From: a virus
Lineage: Duplodnaviria; Heunggongvirae; Uroviricota; Caudoviricetes
IMG/VR virus record: IMGVR_UViG_2563366969_000005
Reading direction: 5' to 3' (one strand)
Length of the DNA stretch: 30,075 nt
Every line of letters begins with the position of its first letter. Within the stretch, counting starts at the first letter, position 1. A program made the position numbers and the translations under genes. The notes under the pieces are model-generated. The model searched no databases and had not been told where the DNA came from. It saw only the letters and a program-made list of their open reading frames with translations. Shown here piece by piece: positions 1 through 8,076 of this stretch.

Positions 1-47
1 CAAAAAAACACAAACCATAAAGACGGCCATAGGTGGTCTTTATGGTT
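1..47 (-). terminator. Putative intrinsic terminator downstream of the C-int operon
   Basis: Perfect 12-bp inverted repeat aaccataaagac (13-24) / gtctttatggtt (36-47) with an 11-nt loop. On the minus strand the hairpin is followed by tgtgttttttt (reverse complement of 1-12). No T-run on the plus strand. Confidence 0.4.
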
Positions 48-116
48 TACAATAGACGCAGCCGTTATTAAATTTAAATCCAACAGCGTTAAAATAAACT
101 AACAATATACGCATAA

Positions 117-1157
117 TTAATCTTTCCATTTAAAACCATTACATAATGTTAAAGGATTAAATGTTACAGCCTCCTCAAGATGATCCGGGGAGAAATGTGC
201 ATACTTCATAGTTTCACGAATATTCGCATGACCGAGTATACGTTGCAGCACAAGAATATTCCCGCCATTCATCATAAAATGAGCGCCGAAGGTATGACGC
301 AGAACGTGTGTCTTTTGCCCTTCCGTCAGTTCGATATCCGTTAGTTTGAGCATCTTTTTAAACTCCTGATAGCAAGGCTTAAACATCTTTCCCTGCCTTT
401 CAGATAATTCGTCATACAACCATTTTGGGATCGGAACGGTTCGATTCTTTTTCCCTTTCGTTTTGGTGAAGGTCAGTTTATGTGGCGAGAGCTGGGGACG
501 TGTCAACCTCTCAGCCTCACCCCATCTAGCACCTGTTGCAAGACAAATCTTAACAATCATGGTGAGGTCTTCTTTTCCGTATTGCTCGCATGCCTGAAAC
601 AATTTCGGAATTTGAGACAAAGTGAGCCAAGACATTTCTTTCTCGGCTTCCTTGAAAACACGGACTCCATCAAGTGGATTTGGTAAGCTCCACTCCCCTA
701 GCCTTTTGAGCTCATTAAATACAGCCTCAAGATATTGTTGCTCACGATTGACAGTTATCGGTTTAGCAATCCATTTTGCCGGGTCTTTATGATAGCCATT
801 ATCTATCTCCCCCCGAAGTCGGCGGTCACGGTAATGAGCCCAATCTTTAGCAGTAAGGCGGGATGCAATAGGGTCGCCAAGTCCATTACACACGATTTGA
901 AGTTTAGCTAACCGCGACTTACTGGCGACCAGTGCCTGTCCGTGTAAATTATGCCAAAGCTGGATAATCTCACTTAAGCGTCGGCGGTCTTCTTTCTTGC
1001 CGAGCCACGGCTTATCCTCACTCTCACTTTTCGTAAATGCTTCGAATGCCTCGGCCTCACCTTTGGTATTGAATTGCCGACGTATACGCCGCCCTTCTCG
1101 ACCATTTGGATAGAGCTCGCATAACCATTTGCCATTTTTTTGCTTACTTACAGTCAT
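117..1157 (-). CDS. int: Phage integrase, tyrosine recombinase (P2 Int-like)
   Basis: 346-aa ORF. The C-terminus carries the tyrosine-recombinase catalytic region (HVLRHTFGAHFMMNGGNILVLQRILGHANIRETMKYAHF). Position downstream of the repressor on the same strand matches the P2 C-int arrangement. Confidence 0.93.
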   Translation of the reverse strand: MTVSKQKNGKWLCELYPNGREGRRIRRQFNTKGEAEAFEAFTKSESEDKPWLGKKEDRRRLSEIIQLWHNLHGQALVASKSRLAKLQIVCNGLGDPIASRLTAKDWAHYRDRRLRGEIDNGYHKDPAKWIAKPITVNREQQYLEAVFNELKRLGEWSLPNPLDGVRVFKEAEKEMSWLTLSQIPKLFQACEQYGKEDLTMIVKICLATGARWGEAERLTRPQLSPHKLTFTKTKGKKNRTVPIPKWLYDELSERQGKMFKPCYQEFKKMLKLTDIELTEGQKTHVLRHTFGAHFMMNGGNILVLQRILGHANIRETMKYAHFSPDHLEEAVTFNPLTLCNGFKWKD

Positions 1158-1179
1158 AATGTCACCGAGGCAACTCTAA

Positions 1180-1518
1180 TTATTCCCAAAGTGCTGTTGC
1201 AGCATCCATTACAGGATCCAAAGGAATTTTTACGCCTGCATACTCCGGGCTATCTTTCCAAACAGTATCAATATTGCTCCCCTCAAGCTTTCCAGACTTT
1301 ACTCCATCAATCGCAAAACCATTTAATGGGTATCGGTCATCTGTTGCTTTGTCGTACACAAAGGCATATTTACCGTTGACACAAGACACCGTAGCTTTTT
1401 CAAAAGTTAACGGCCAATCCTCACCAAACTTAGCGCCATCTAAATCCTGTGTTTTTTCAGCGGCTGAGGCTCCAAAAGAAAGGGTAAGAAGCAGAGCTAA
1501 AAAGAGTTTACATTTCAT
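1180..1518 (-). CDS. Small secreted/periplasmic protein of unknown function (probable moron)
   Basis: Internal ATG at 1518 chosen over the 136-aa ORF-track start. It is preceded by AAGGGA 6-7 nt upstream and starts 8 bp after the repressor stop. N-terminus MKCKLFLALLLTLSFGASAA looks like a signal peptide with an A-S-A cleavage site. Composition is visibly lower in G+C than the flanking int and repressor genes. Confidence 0.65.
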   Translation of the reverse strand: MKCKLFLALLLTLSFGASAAEKTQDLDGAKFGEDWPLTFEKATVSCVNGKYAFVYDKATDDRYPLNGFAIDGVKSGKLEGSNIDTVWKDSPEYAGVKIPLDPVMDAATALWE

Positions 1519-1526
1519 AATGTCCC

Positions 1527-2387
1527 TTACACGTGTTTTTCCAATGTGAAAACTACAGCCCCGGCAGGAGTAATGTCTGTAATGTTGCATTCAAACTCAG
1601 CAGACTTATTTGACAACCTGACTTTTCCACCGGGCAAGCGAATTACATCAAAAACATCAAGAGCGCCGTCGATATCAATTAACCAGCGACCATTACTTAT
1701 ATTCGAAGCAGAACAGTCGACAAGCCAAGAGGCAGCTACACCGTCAACAAAAATCAATTCCCCTGAGTTAGAAGGAATCATTGAGGGGTCAGGATGCCAC
1801 GTTCCTGCATCCTTAAGCTCACCAGATTCAAGACGAGATTTTTTAATAGAAAAACCAGATGTGACATCTTCCCTGTTAGCTCGCATTTGCCCCTTGCCTG
1901 TTGCTAACCATTCCAGTGACGTATCGGTATCAAGAGCGCATGTAACAACAACATCACCAGGGAAAAAATCTCGCCTTACCCATGTGCTAATTGTGCCAGA
2001 GGAAATGCCGAGCAAATCACCGAGCTCCTTTTGCATGGTAAAGCCATACGCATCAAGAATCCTACGCAAAACGGTTTTACCACCATTCGTCATAATCTCG
2101 TCATAAAGCTCTTTGCCTTTTAACTTGCAACTGGCTCGCTCGTGATTTGCATTTGCAAGTTCTCCATTTACAAGCCAATTGATATCAGCTCCCGTGTCAA
2201 GACAACACCTAACTATGACATTGCCAGGTATTGCATCACGCTGAACCCAGCCGCTAACGCTGTGTTTAGCGATACCTAGCAGGTCAGCCAAATCCTTTTG
2301 CATCTTGACCCCATAGGCTGACATTAAGCGTTCCAATACGCCGTTCGTTGCACTAACACGCCACTGAACATCAAGCTCAGAACTCAT
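1527..2387 (-). CDS. Prophage repressor, CI-type, with tandemly duplicated N-terminal HTH domain
   Basis: 286-aa ORF with AGGGG Shine-Dalgarno upstream of the ATG at 2387. Residues about 15-78 and 104-168 are clear paralogous copies (shared motifs AYG..MQK.L.DLLGI, W..RD..PG.V.V.C.LDT, WL..G). Transcribed divergently from the Cox/Apl-CII operon, as expected for the immunity repressor. Confidence 0.85.
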   Translation of the reverse strand: MSSELDVQWRVSATNGVLERLMSAYGVKMQKDLADLLGIAKHSVSGWVQRDAIPGNVIVRCCLDTGADINWLVNGELANANHERASCKLKGKELYDEIMTNGGKTVLRRILDAYGFTMQKELGDLLGISSGTISTWVRRDFFPGDVVVTCALDTDTSLEWLATGKGQMRANREDVTSGFSIKKSRLESGELKDAGTWHPDPSMIPSNSGELIFVDGVAASWLVDCSASNISNGRWLIDIDGALDVFDVIRLPGGKVRLSNKSAEFECNITDITPAGAVVFTLEKHV

Positions 2388-2508
2388 AAAAACCCCTACA
2401 GATAATTTTATGGGTGTTTACAGAAAACTTTTTACGATCTATAGTGGCATTCATCGACCAAGATGCACACCACTGCACTACATTTCAAACAACAGGAGAT
2501 AATGCGAT
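2388..2508. promoter_or_regulatory. Divergent immunity-region promoter/operator interval (lysogenic versus lytic early promoters)
   Basis: 121-bp AT-rich intergenic region between the divergently transcribed repressor and the first early gene. Contains repeated tacag motifs (ctacagataa, ttacagaaaac). Exact operators were not resolved. Confidence 0.5.
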
Positions 2509-2880
2509 ATGTCAGATGCAAAATCAATCTCGACGCACGACTCGCAAAACTCACAAAATCAAACTGTGCTGCTAGATCCAACACAGTTTGATGCCATCGT
2601 TACCGCCATGCTGCCAGCTCTACAGACAATGATTCGCTCCGCTATGTCAGACACGATGACTGTGAAAGACTTCGCCGCTACTCGCGGTGTTAGCGAGCGT
2701 CTGGTCTGGCAATGGCTCGATGAGGGAGTCCTTCTCAAAGCTCCGACCAAAGACTTTTCCAACAAAGAGGAAGCTGCTAAACGAAGCCGAACCCTCGTAA
2801 ACGTAAAAGCATGGCGCGATAAGCTGACTCAACAAGCGATTGATTGTCGCTACATCGACCAGCGCACCGCTCTTAACTGA
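2509..2880 (+). CDS. Cox/Apl-like early regulator, possible excisionase
   Basis: 123-aa ORF, first gene of the lytic early operon, with AGGAGA 9 nt upstream of the ATG. An HTH-like segment (TVKDFAATRGVSERLVWQWLDEG) is present. The role is assigned by position in P2/186-type switches and is not verified. Confidence 0.55.
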   Translation: MSDAKSISTHDSQNSQNQTVLLDPTQFDAIVTAMLPALQTMIRSAMSDTMTVKDFAATRGVSERLVWQWLDEGVLLKAPTKDFSNKEEAAKRSRTLVNVKAWRDKLTQQAIDCRYIDQRTALN

Positions 2881-2912
2881 ATTTGATTATGCAAGTTAGA
2901 GGGAATTTAACC

Positions 2913-3422
2913 ATGTTTGATTTTCAGGTTTCCAAACATCCCCACTATGACGAAGCATGCCGCATTTTCGCACAGCGTCACAATATGGCGAAGCTGGCCG
3001 AGCGTGCAGGTATGAACGTTCAAACGTTACGTAACAAGCTCAACCCGGAACAGCCTCACCAGTTCACGCCGTCTGAATTGTGGCTGCTGACTGACCTGAC
3101 CGAAGACTCAACCCTCATTGATGGTTTTTTAGCGCAGATTCACTGCCTACCATGCGTGCCGGTTAATGAGTTGGCTAAAGACAAATTGCAGTCTTATGTC
3201 ATGCGCGCAATGCGTGAACTCGGCGAACTGGCGAGCGGCGCGGTATCTGATGAACGTCTGACCATTGCCCGTAAGCACAACATGATTGAAAGCGTTAACT
3301 CCGGCATTCGCATGTTGTCATTGTCGGCTCTGGCTCTGCATGCACGTCTGCAGACTAATCCAGCTATGTCGAGCGTGGTCGATACCATGAGCGGTATTGG
3401 CGCATCGTTTGGTCTGATTTGA
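2913..3422 (+). CDS. cII: Phage regulatory protein CII (186 CII / CP76 family)
   Basis: Translation MFDFQVSKHPHYDEACRIFAQRHNMAKLAERAGMNVQTLRNKLNPEQ... matches my recollection of coliphage 186 CII. Start ATG 2913 has AGAGGG 9 nt upstream. The ORF track's longer 2883 start is a TTG with a second ATG at 2889, judged less likely. Confidence 0.85.
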   Translation: MFDFQVSKHPHYDEACRIFAQRHNMAKLAERAGMNVQTLRNKLNPEQPHQFTPSELWLLTDLTEDSTLIDGFLAQIHCLPCVPVNELAKDKLQSYVMRAMRELGELASGAVSDERLTIARKHNMIESVNSGIRMLSLSALALHARLQTNPAMSSVVDTMSGIGASFGLI

Positions 3423-3429
3423 GGTGCGT

Positions 3430-3630
3430 ATGCTGAAAAGTGAACCGTCATTCGCATCTCTGCTCGTTAAGCAAAGCCCCGGCATGCACTACGGCCACGG
3501 CTGGATCGCAGGTAAGGACGGCAAGCGCTGGCACCCGAGCCACTCGCAGGCTGATTTACTGGCTGGCCTCTCTACTCAAAAGCGGGGGGGATCATGGCTA
3601 TCGAAGCTGTTTCCGCGACTGTTCCGCTAA
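3430..3630 (+). CDS. Small early protein, hypothetical (position of 186 fil-like genes)
   Basis: ATG 3430 with GAGG 5 nt upstream, immediately after the CII stop. 66 aa, basic. No recognisable motif. Confidence 0.45.
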   Translation: MLKSEPSFASLLVKQSPGMHYGHGWIAGKDGKRWHPSHSQADLLAGLSTQKRGGSWLSKLFPRLFR

Positions 3631-3932
3631 AAGCGGGTGAACGTCTGGCCGGTCTCAATCATGTTGCCGAATTGCGCGCGAGATATTGGGGCGATAGCTG
3701 GAAAGAGGTTGAACGTTTTGTCGATGATATGCGCGATAAACGTGACCCACAATTTGAAGAAAATAATCGGGCGCTGGCCGCTATTTTCTTTCTGGCAAAA
3801 ATACCGGCGGCTCGTCATGAACTCGAATTAAGTGAGCTGACTACTGACGAGAAAAAGGCGCTTATTACAGCGATGAATCATTTTCGTGCAGTAGTGAGCT
3901 TATTTCCCAAACGGCTAACCATGCCGAATTAA
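3594..3932 (+). CDS. Hypothetical early protein
   Basis: 112-aa ORF. A G-run (GGGGGGG) lies 3 nt upstream of the ATG. Overlaps the previous small gene in another frame, giving operon-like packing. Confidence 0.55.
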   Translation: MAIEAVSATVPLKAGERLAGLNHVAELRARYWGDSWKEVERFVDDMRDKRDPQFEENNRALAAIFFLAKIPAARHELELSELTTDEKKALITAMNHFRAVVSLFPKRLTMPN

Positions 3933-3999
3933 TCCAAACAGAAATTTAATGGCGTAAACCCGCCGGGCATCTTATTGCCCGAAATCAGGAGAGTTAATT

Positions 4000-4227
4000 A
4001 TGCGTAATACCGAAATCCGTAGTTTTAACACTGATAGCGATGCGCTGGCCGTATTGCTGACCGATGCAAAAAAAGAAGAGCGTAAAGACCGCGCGCTCGC
4101 TGTTTCCATCCGCCTTGAGGCGCTGGCTATCCATATTACCAGAGAGGGAATGAGCGGCACCGAAGCTGCCGAACTGCTGCGCCGTGAAGCAACCCGCTTT
4201 GAGAATGAATCACAGGAGCTGCACTAA
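4000..4227 (+). CDS. Hypothetical early protein
   Basis: 75-aa ORF with AGGAGAG upstream. Its stop overlaps the start of the TraR-like gene. Confidence 0.55.
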   Translation: MRNTEIRSFNTDSDALAVLLTDAKKEERKDRALAVSIRLEALAIHITREGMSGTEAAELLRREATRFENESQELH

Positions 4228-4448
4228 TGGCCGACGCAATGGATTTAGCACAACTGCGCGAGCAGGAAGACCGCGAACGCCACATCAGCAACGCACGCAC
4301 CCGTATCGCTGCACCTTCCCGTTTTCTTTGCGAGGAATGTGACGCACCAATCCCGGAAGCTCGCCGCATTGCGATTCCGGGCGTGGCTTTTTGCGTAACC
4401 TGCCAGCAAATCGCAGAGCTAAAAAACAAACACTATCGGGGGGTATAA
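4227..4448 (+). CDS. TraR/DksA-family C4 zinc-finger protein
   Basis: 73 aa with CEEC-x17-CVTC (C-x2-C ... C-x2-C). Sits directly before the replication gene, as in P2-like early regions. Confidence 0.85.
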   Translation: MADAMDLAQLREQEDRERHISNARTRIAAPSRFLCEECDAPIPEARRIAIPGVAFCVTCQQIAELKNKHYRGV

Positions 4449-4449
4449 A

Positions 4450-6672
4450 TTGGCTGTTCAATTCGCTTATCCGTGGAACGTCCCACGGTCGGCAATCTCC
4501 AGCCCATACCTTACTTATGAGCAACAGCAAAGCCGCGACCGTATGTTCGCGGCTTTGCTGCATGCAAAAAAGGTGCTTTCTCTCCAGCCCGACTGCGTGC
4601 GGTTAGATGTTTATCGCACTGCTGCGGTGCTGGAACAAAATCAGGGTAGTCAACGAGCCAATGCATTTTTAATCAGCTTCTGCAAAAAGGCATTGCCGCG
4701 TCTTGAACTGGTCGCAAAAAAATACGAATGCGCTGGTATCAACAGCAAGGTATCAACCGCTGTTTTTGGAAGTCATTTTGATACTCAGCAAATGCAATAT
4801 CTGTCGTCACGCATGGTTAATATGGTCGCCCGATATAACCGTCTCCCGGACATGTCGCGCGCTGATGTTGACCTGTTGGCCGCTGATATTGCTAATTTCA
4901 TTCGTGGTGAACTTGCCAACATTAATGACCACGGATTCGGCGAGCTTAAAACGCTGTACACCTGGTATATTCGTGCTGGCTTTATTTCCCTCCAATTCAA
5001 CGTTATCCCACCACATTGGGAGCGGGTTGAAAAAAAATATGTCGGTGCGGATGAAATCGCACCGGCTATCGCCAAAATGTTTAACGATGGGTGGTGGCGC
5101 GGTCTTTTGCGCCGTGTAGCAGCTACGTGGCGCGAACACCTGCAAATTGCAGTCGGCAACGTCAGTAAGAAAAAAAACACTTACGCGAGTAAAAACTGCG
5201 TGACTGACTGGCGTGAACAAAAGCGCCGCACTCGTGAATTTCTCAAAGGTCTGGATCTCGAAGACGAAGACGGCAACCGTATCAGCCTAATTGAAAAATA
5301 TGATGGCTCAGTTGCTAACCCTGCGATTCGCCGCTGTGAGCTCATGACCCGCATTCGTGGGTTTGAAAACATCTGTAATGAGCTCGGTTATGTCGGTGAG
5401 TTTTACACTCTAACCGCGCCGTCAAAATATCACGCCACGACTAAAGCCGGTTACCGTAACAGCAAATGGAGCGGTGCCAGCCCGGCTGACACGCAAAACT
5501 ATCTAACCGGTATCTGGGCGCGTATCCGTGCCAAACTACATCGGGAAGATGTCCGTATTTTCGGTATTCGTGTCGCCGAGCCCCATCACGACGGCACTCC
5601 ACACTGGCACATGCTGATGTTCATGCTGCCGGAAGATGTTGAATATGTTCGCTCCATCGTCCGTAAATACGCATGGAAAGAAGACCGCCACGAACTGAAA
5701 AGCGATAAATCCCAAAAAGCACGTTTCCACGCGGAGTCCATTGACCCGGAGAAAGGCAGCGCAACCGGCTATGTTGCTAAATACATTTCAAAAAATATCG
5801 ACGGTTATGCTCTCGATGGTGAAACCGATGATGAAAGCGGTGAGCTGCTGAAAGAGACAGCCCCCGCCGTTTCAGCATGGGCTGCGCGCTGGCACATCCG
5901 TCAGTTTCAGTTTATTGGTGGTGCGCCGGTGACGGTTTACCGTGAGTTGCGTCGCCTCGCTGATACCGAAACCGCGCACGGTCTGAGCGTTGAGTTTGCC
6001 GCCGTCCATGATGCCGCCGACGCTGGTGACTGGGCTGGTTATGTTAATGCTCAGGGTGGGCCGTTTGTCCGTCGCGATGATTTACAGGTGCGCACACTGT
6101 ATGAACCGCGTACCGAGCTTAATCAGTACGGTGAGGAAACGGTATGTATTAAGGGGGTCTACGATTCCTCCATAGGTGCAGGAAGCCCGATTTTAACCCG
6201 GCTCACTCAGTGGAAGATTGTTCCGAAGCGTGCTGTTGATTTGGCCGTTGACCTTCAGGACGGCAAAGCCGTCCCTCGGAGTTCTGTCAATAACTGTACG
6301 GGAAGCGAAAGCGATCCACCGATACTGGATTTAACAAAACCACTGAGTCGGCGTGAAAGACGAGAATTGACCAACCGACTCAGGAAGCAAAAGCCAGCAG
6401 TACGGCGAAAATTCATCCACGGAACGGATGAGCAAAACGCAGCTATAGCTAAAACTATCGATGAGATACATCTGACAACCGGCATTAATATCAGCCGGGG
6501 CGAAGCCCTGCACCTGATGGCCGGTGGTAAAAGTTGTTTTGATGGTAAATGGCTACGCGGAACGGCCAAAGGAGAAATATTTTCCGCAGCACCATCGCAT
6601 GAGGCTAAAGCTCGGAAAATCCTTAATCGTGTTGCGGCGATGGCTGAAGCATCAAAACCAATACATGAGTAA
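4450..6672 (+). CDS. A: Replication initiation endonuclease gpA (rolling-circle Rep, P2 A-like)
   Basis: 740-aa ORF with an HUH-type motif (PHWHMLMF) and a downstream catalytic tyrosine context (GYVAKYISKN). The start is a TTG at 4450 after a G-run; an in-frame ATG at 4543 is an alternative. Confidence 0.9.
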   Translation: MAVQFAYPWNVPRSAISSPYLTYEQQQSRDRMFAALLHAKKVLSLQPDCVRLDVYRTAAVLEQNQGSQRANAFLISFCKKALPRLELVAKKYECAGINSKVSTAVFGSHFDTQQMQYLSSRMVNMVARYNRLPDMSRADVDLLAADIANFIRGELANINDHGFGELKTLYTWYIRAGFISLQFNVIPPHWERVEKKYVGADEIAPAIAKMFNDGWWRGLLRRVAATWREHLQIAVGNVSKKKNTYASKNCVTDWREQKRRTREFLKGLDLEDEDGNRISLIEKYDGSVANPAIRRCELMTRIRGFENICNELGYVGEFYTLTAPSKYHATTKAGYRNSKWSGASPADTQNYLTGIWARIRAKLHREDVRIFGIRVAEPHHDGTPHWHMLMFMLPEDVEYVRSIVRKYAWKEDRHELKSDKSQKARFHAESIDPEKGSATGYVAKYISKNIDGYALDGETDDESGELLKETAPAVSAWAARWHIRQFQFIGGAPVTVYRELRRLADTETAHGLSVEFAAVHDAADAGDWAGYVNAQGGPFVRRDDLQVRTLYEPRTELNQYGEETVCIKGVYDSSIGAGSPILTRLTQWKIVPKRAVDLAVDLQDGKAVPRSSVNNCTGSESDPPILDLTKPLSRRERRELTNRLRKQKPAVRRKFIHGTDEQNAAIAKTIDEIHLTTGINISRGEALHLMAGGKSCFDGKWLRGTAKGEIFSAAPSHEAKARKILNRVAAMAEASKPIHE

Positions 6673-6746
6673 TTCATATCCATATCATGCACATACAGCA
6701 ATCGCTCTATTCGTATTTTTTCTTCCCATCTTTTGCTAATACGTGC

Positions 6747-6766
6747 TACTGTATAAATATACAGTA
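6747..6766 (+). promoter_or_regulatory. LexA operator (SOS box) overlapping the promoter of the downstream operon
   Basis: tactgtataaatatacagta contains a perfect CTGT-N8-ACAG core (CTGTATAAATATACAG, 6749-6764), palindromic and AT-rich in the centre. A TTGCTA -35-like hexamer lies at 6733-6738. The operon ATG is 20 bp downstream. Confidence 0.8.
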
Positions 6767-6785
6767 ACCCTTTGGGAGGGATTTC

Positions 6786-6968
6786 ATGGTTGGCGAACAT
6801 TTCAGCCGAACGCAGCAAAAGTGGGCTTGTGTGCAATTTATTGCCGAGGTATCTCTGATTACAAACTGCAAGCCATCAGACTTAAAGCTCGCGCTCACTC
6901 TCATTGCAGACCTAGCAAACAGCGAAAATAACGAAACCGAAGATGATAATTTTTATAAGGCTGATTAG
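6786..6968 (+). CDS. Small SOS-operon protein, possible Tum-like antirepressor N-terminal part
   Basis: 60-aa ORF with GGGAGGG upstream, directly after the LexA box. Ends at a TAG that is in frame with the DinI-like gene 3 bp downstream. Confidence 0.5.
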   Translation: MVGEHFSRTQQKWACVQFIAEVSLITNCKPSDLKLALTLIADLANSENNETEDDNFYKAD

Positions 6969-6971
6969 ATT

Positions 6972-7205
6972 ATGAGAATCAATATCACGCTGGATAAAGA
7001 GCAAAAAATTAGTCAGGCAACATTGGATGCACTTGAGGCTGAACTGTACCGCAATCTTCAACCTATTTACCCAAAGACTGCTATCCGAATTCGCAAGGGC
7101 TCCGCTAATGGCGTTGAACTAAGCGGTTTGAAACTGGACGAAGATAAAAAACGAGTAATGGAAATCATGCAGCAGGTATGGGAGGACGATAGCTGGCTGC
7201 ATTAA
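6972..7205 (+). CDS. DinI-like protein (DinI / 186 Tum C-terminal domain family)
   Basis: 77 aa. MRINITLDKEQKISQATLDALEAELYRNLQPIYP...MEIMQQVWEDDSWL aligns by eye with E. coli DinI (MRIEVTIAK...ALAGEL...ISEILQETWE). LexA-box control fits an SOS-induced function. Confidence 0.85.
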   Translation: MRINITLDKEQKISQATLDALEAELYRNLQPIYPKTAIRIRKGSANGVELSGLKLDEDKKRVMEIMQQVWEDDSWLH

Positions 7206-7207
7206 CA

Positions 7208-7276
7208 AACGCCGCCGGTGCTGAAACTTGCTTTCAGTGCTGGCGGGGTTGAACAACTCGCACCGCGAGGCGCTAG
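7208..7276 (+). repeat. Copy 1 of a duplicated ~69-bp element containing a hairpin (7215-7243)
   Basis: aacgccgccggtgctgaaacttgctttcagtgctggcggggttgaacaactcgcaccgcgaggcgctag, immediately after the DinI-like stop. Closely matches the copy at 7613-7681. Confidence 0.7.
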
Positions 7277-7400
7277 TTCTTCCTCTCAAAGTTTCTCGAT
7301 GTTTTATTGGTTACACACCAGTGATGAATGGGACGTTACCTTAGCGGGTTTTATAGTGGCGCTGTGGCAGCACTAAATAAAATTCATTGAGGGCGATAAT

Positions 7401-7610
7401 ATGCATCGACTACCGGGCGAAATTCCGCAGCACAAAACTAAAAGCATCAAACTGATGGCCATCGTTCATCGTCTGCAGCAGATAATGGTCAATGAGAATT
7501 TGACACCCGCCGAGCTGGTCGGGTGTGCCGAAATAGTCAGGGATAATTACGGCACGCTGGATAGCATCAGCAAGCCGACATATTACTCACCGCCACCACG
7601 TCGACCATAG
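7401..7610 (+). CDS. Hypothetical small protein in the SOS operon
   Basis: 69-aa ORF with GAGGG 7 nt upstream of the ATG. Followed directly by repeat copy 2. Confidence 0.5.
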   Translation: MHRLPGEIPQHKTKSIKLMAIVHRLQQIMVNENLTPAELVGCAEIVRDNYGTLDSISKPTYYSPPPRRP

Positions 7611-7612
7611 AT

Positions 7613-7681
7613 AACGCCGCCGGAGCTGAAACTCGATTTCAGGTCTGGCGGGGTTGAACAACGAGCTACGCGAGGCGTTAG
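7613..7681 (+). repeat. Copy 2 of the duplicated ~69-bp hairpin-containing element
   Basis: aacgccgccggagctgaaactcgatttcaggtctggcggggttgaacaacgagctacgcgaggcgttag, immediately after the stop at 7610. Roughly 85 percent identical to copy 1 by eye. Confidence 0.7.
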
Positions 7682-7743
7682 CCGGTCATAGCGTCGCAAA
7701 TACTTCAACCGTCTGCTGGTTAAATAATTCGAGGTTTTTGGAC

Positions 7744-7938
7744 ATGCAAAATCCCCTTTCATCGAAAAATGACCCGTTTGCCGATTGGGCAAAGAATCTG
7801 ACTTTAATGGCTTTAAATAACGATCTGAGCTCTCGCGAGGTGGAAAGCTACACCGCAAAAATGGTCGAGCAGGCCGGTAAAGATGAGCTATCAGTCGTTA
7901 TCAAACACCTGTTAAATCACATCAGAATGCGCAAATAA
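7744..7938 (+). CDS. Hypothetical small protein in the SOS operon
   Basis: ATG 7744 with GAGG 9 nt upstream. The ORF-track version starts at a TTG (7654) inside repeat copy 2 and is judged too long. Confidence 0.45.
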   Translation: MQNPLSSKNDPFADWAKNLTLMALNNDLSSREVESYTAKMVEQAGKDELSVVIKHLLNHIRMRK

Positions 7939-7954
7939 GAGGAACTATATAAAT

Positions 7955-8056
7955 ATGTTATCTCTCGTTTATGAAAATCCGTGGACGACGATTTTTCTGA
8001 TGATTGTCGCCAGCATGTGCCTCAACAGTGTTATTGGCGCATTGCGCGGCCATTAA
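7955..8056 (+). CDS. Possible 33-aa hydrophobic peptide (MLSLVYENPWTTIFLMIVASMCLNSVIGALRGH)
   Basis: Short ORF below the ORF-track cutoff, translated by hand. AAGAGG lies about 12 nt upstream. It ends about 20 bp before a strong intrinsic terminator and has one predicted TM-like segment. Could be fortuitous. Confidence 0.25.
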   Translation: MLSLVYENPWTTIFLMIVASMCLNSVIGALRGH

Positions 8057-8076
8057 TCGCGACAAAACCAGACTAA

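Noticed and set aside
1-116. attL core / prophage-host junction
   Set aside because: The AT-rich sequence downstream of int is consistent with an att arm, but no host flank or tRNA target is recognisable in the window. The junction probably lies at or beyond the window edge.
1180-1590. Longer 136-aa version of the secreted-protein ORF
   Set aside because: The extension overlaps the repressor 3' end and lacks an RBS. The internal ATG at 1518 has a good Shine-Dalgarno and starts a canonical signal peptide.
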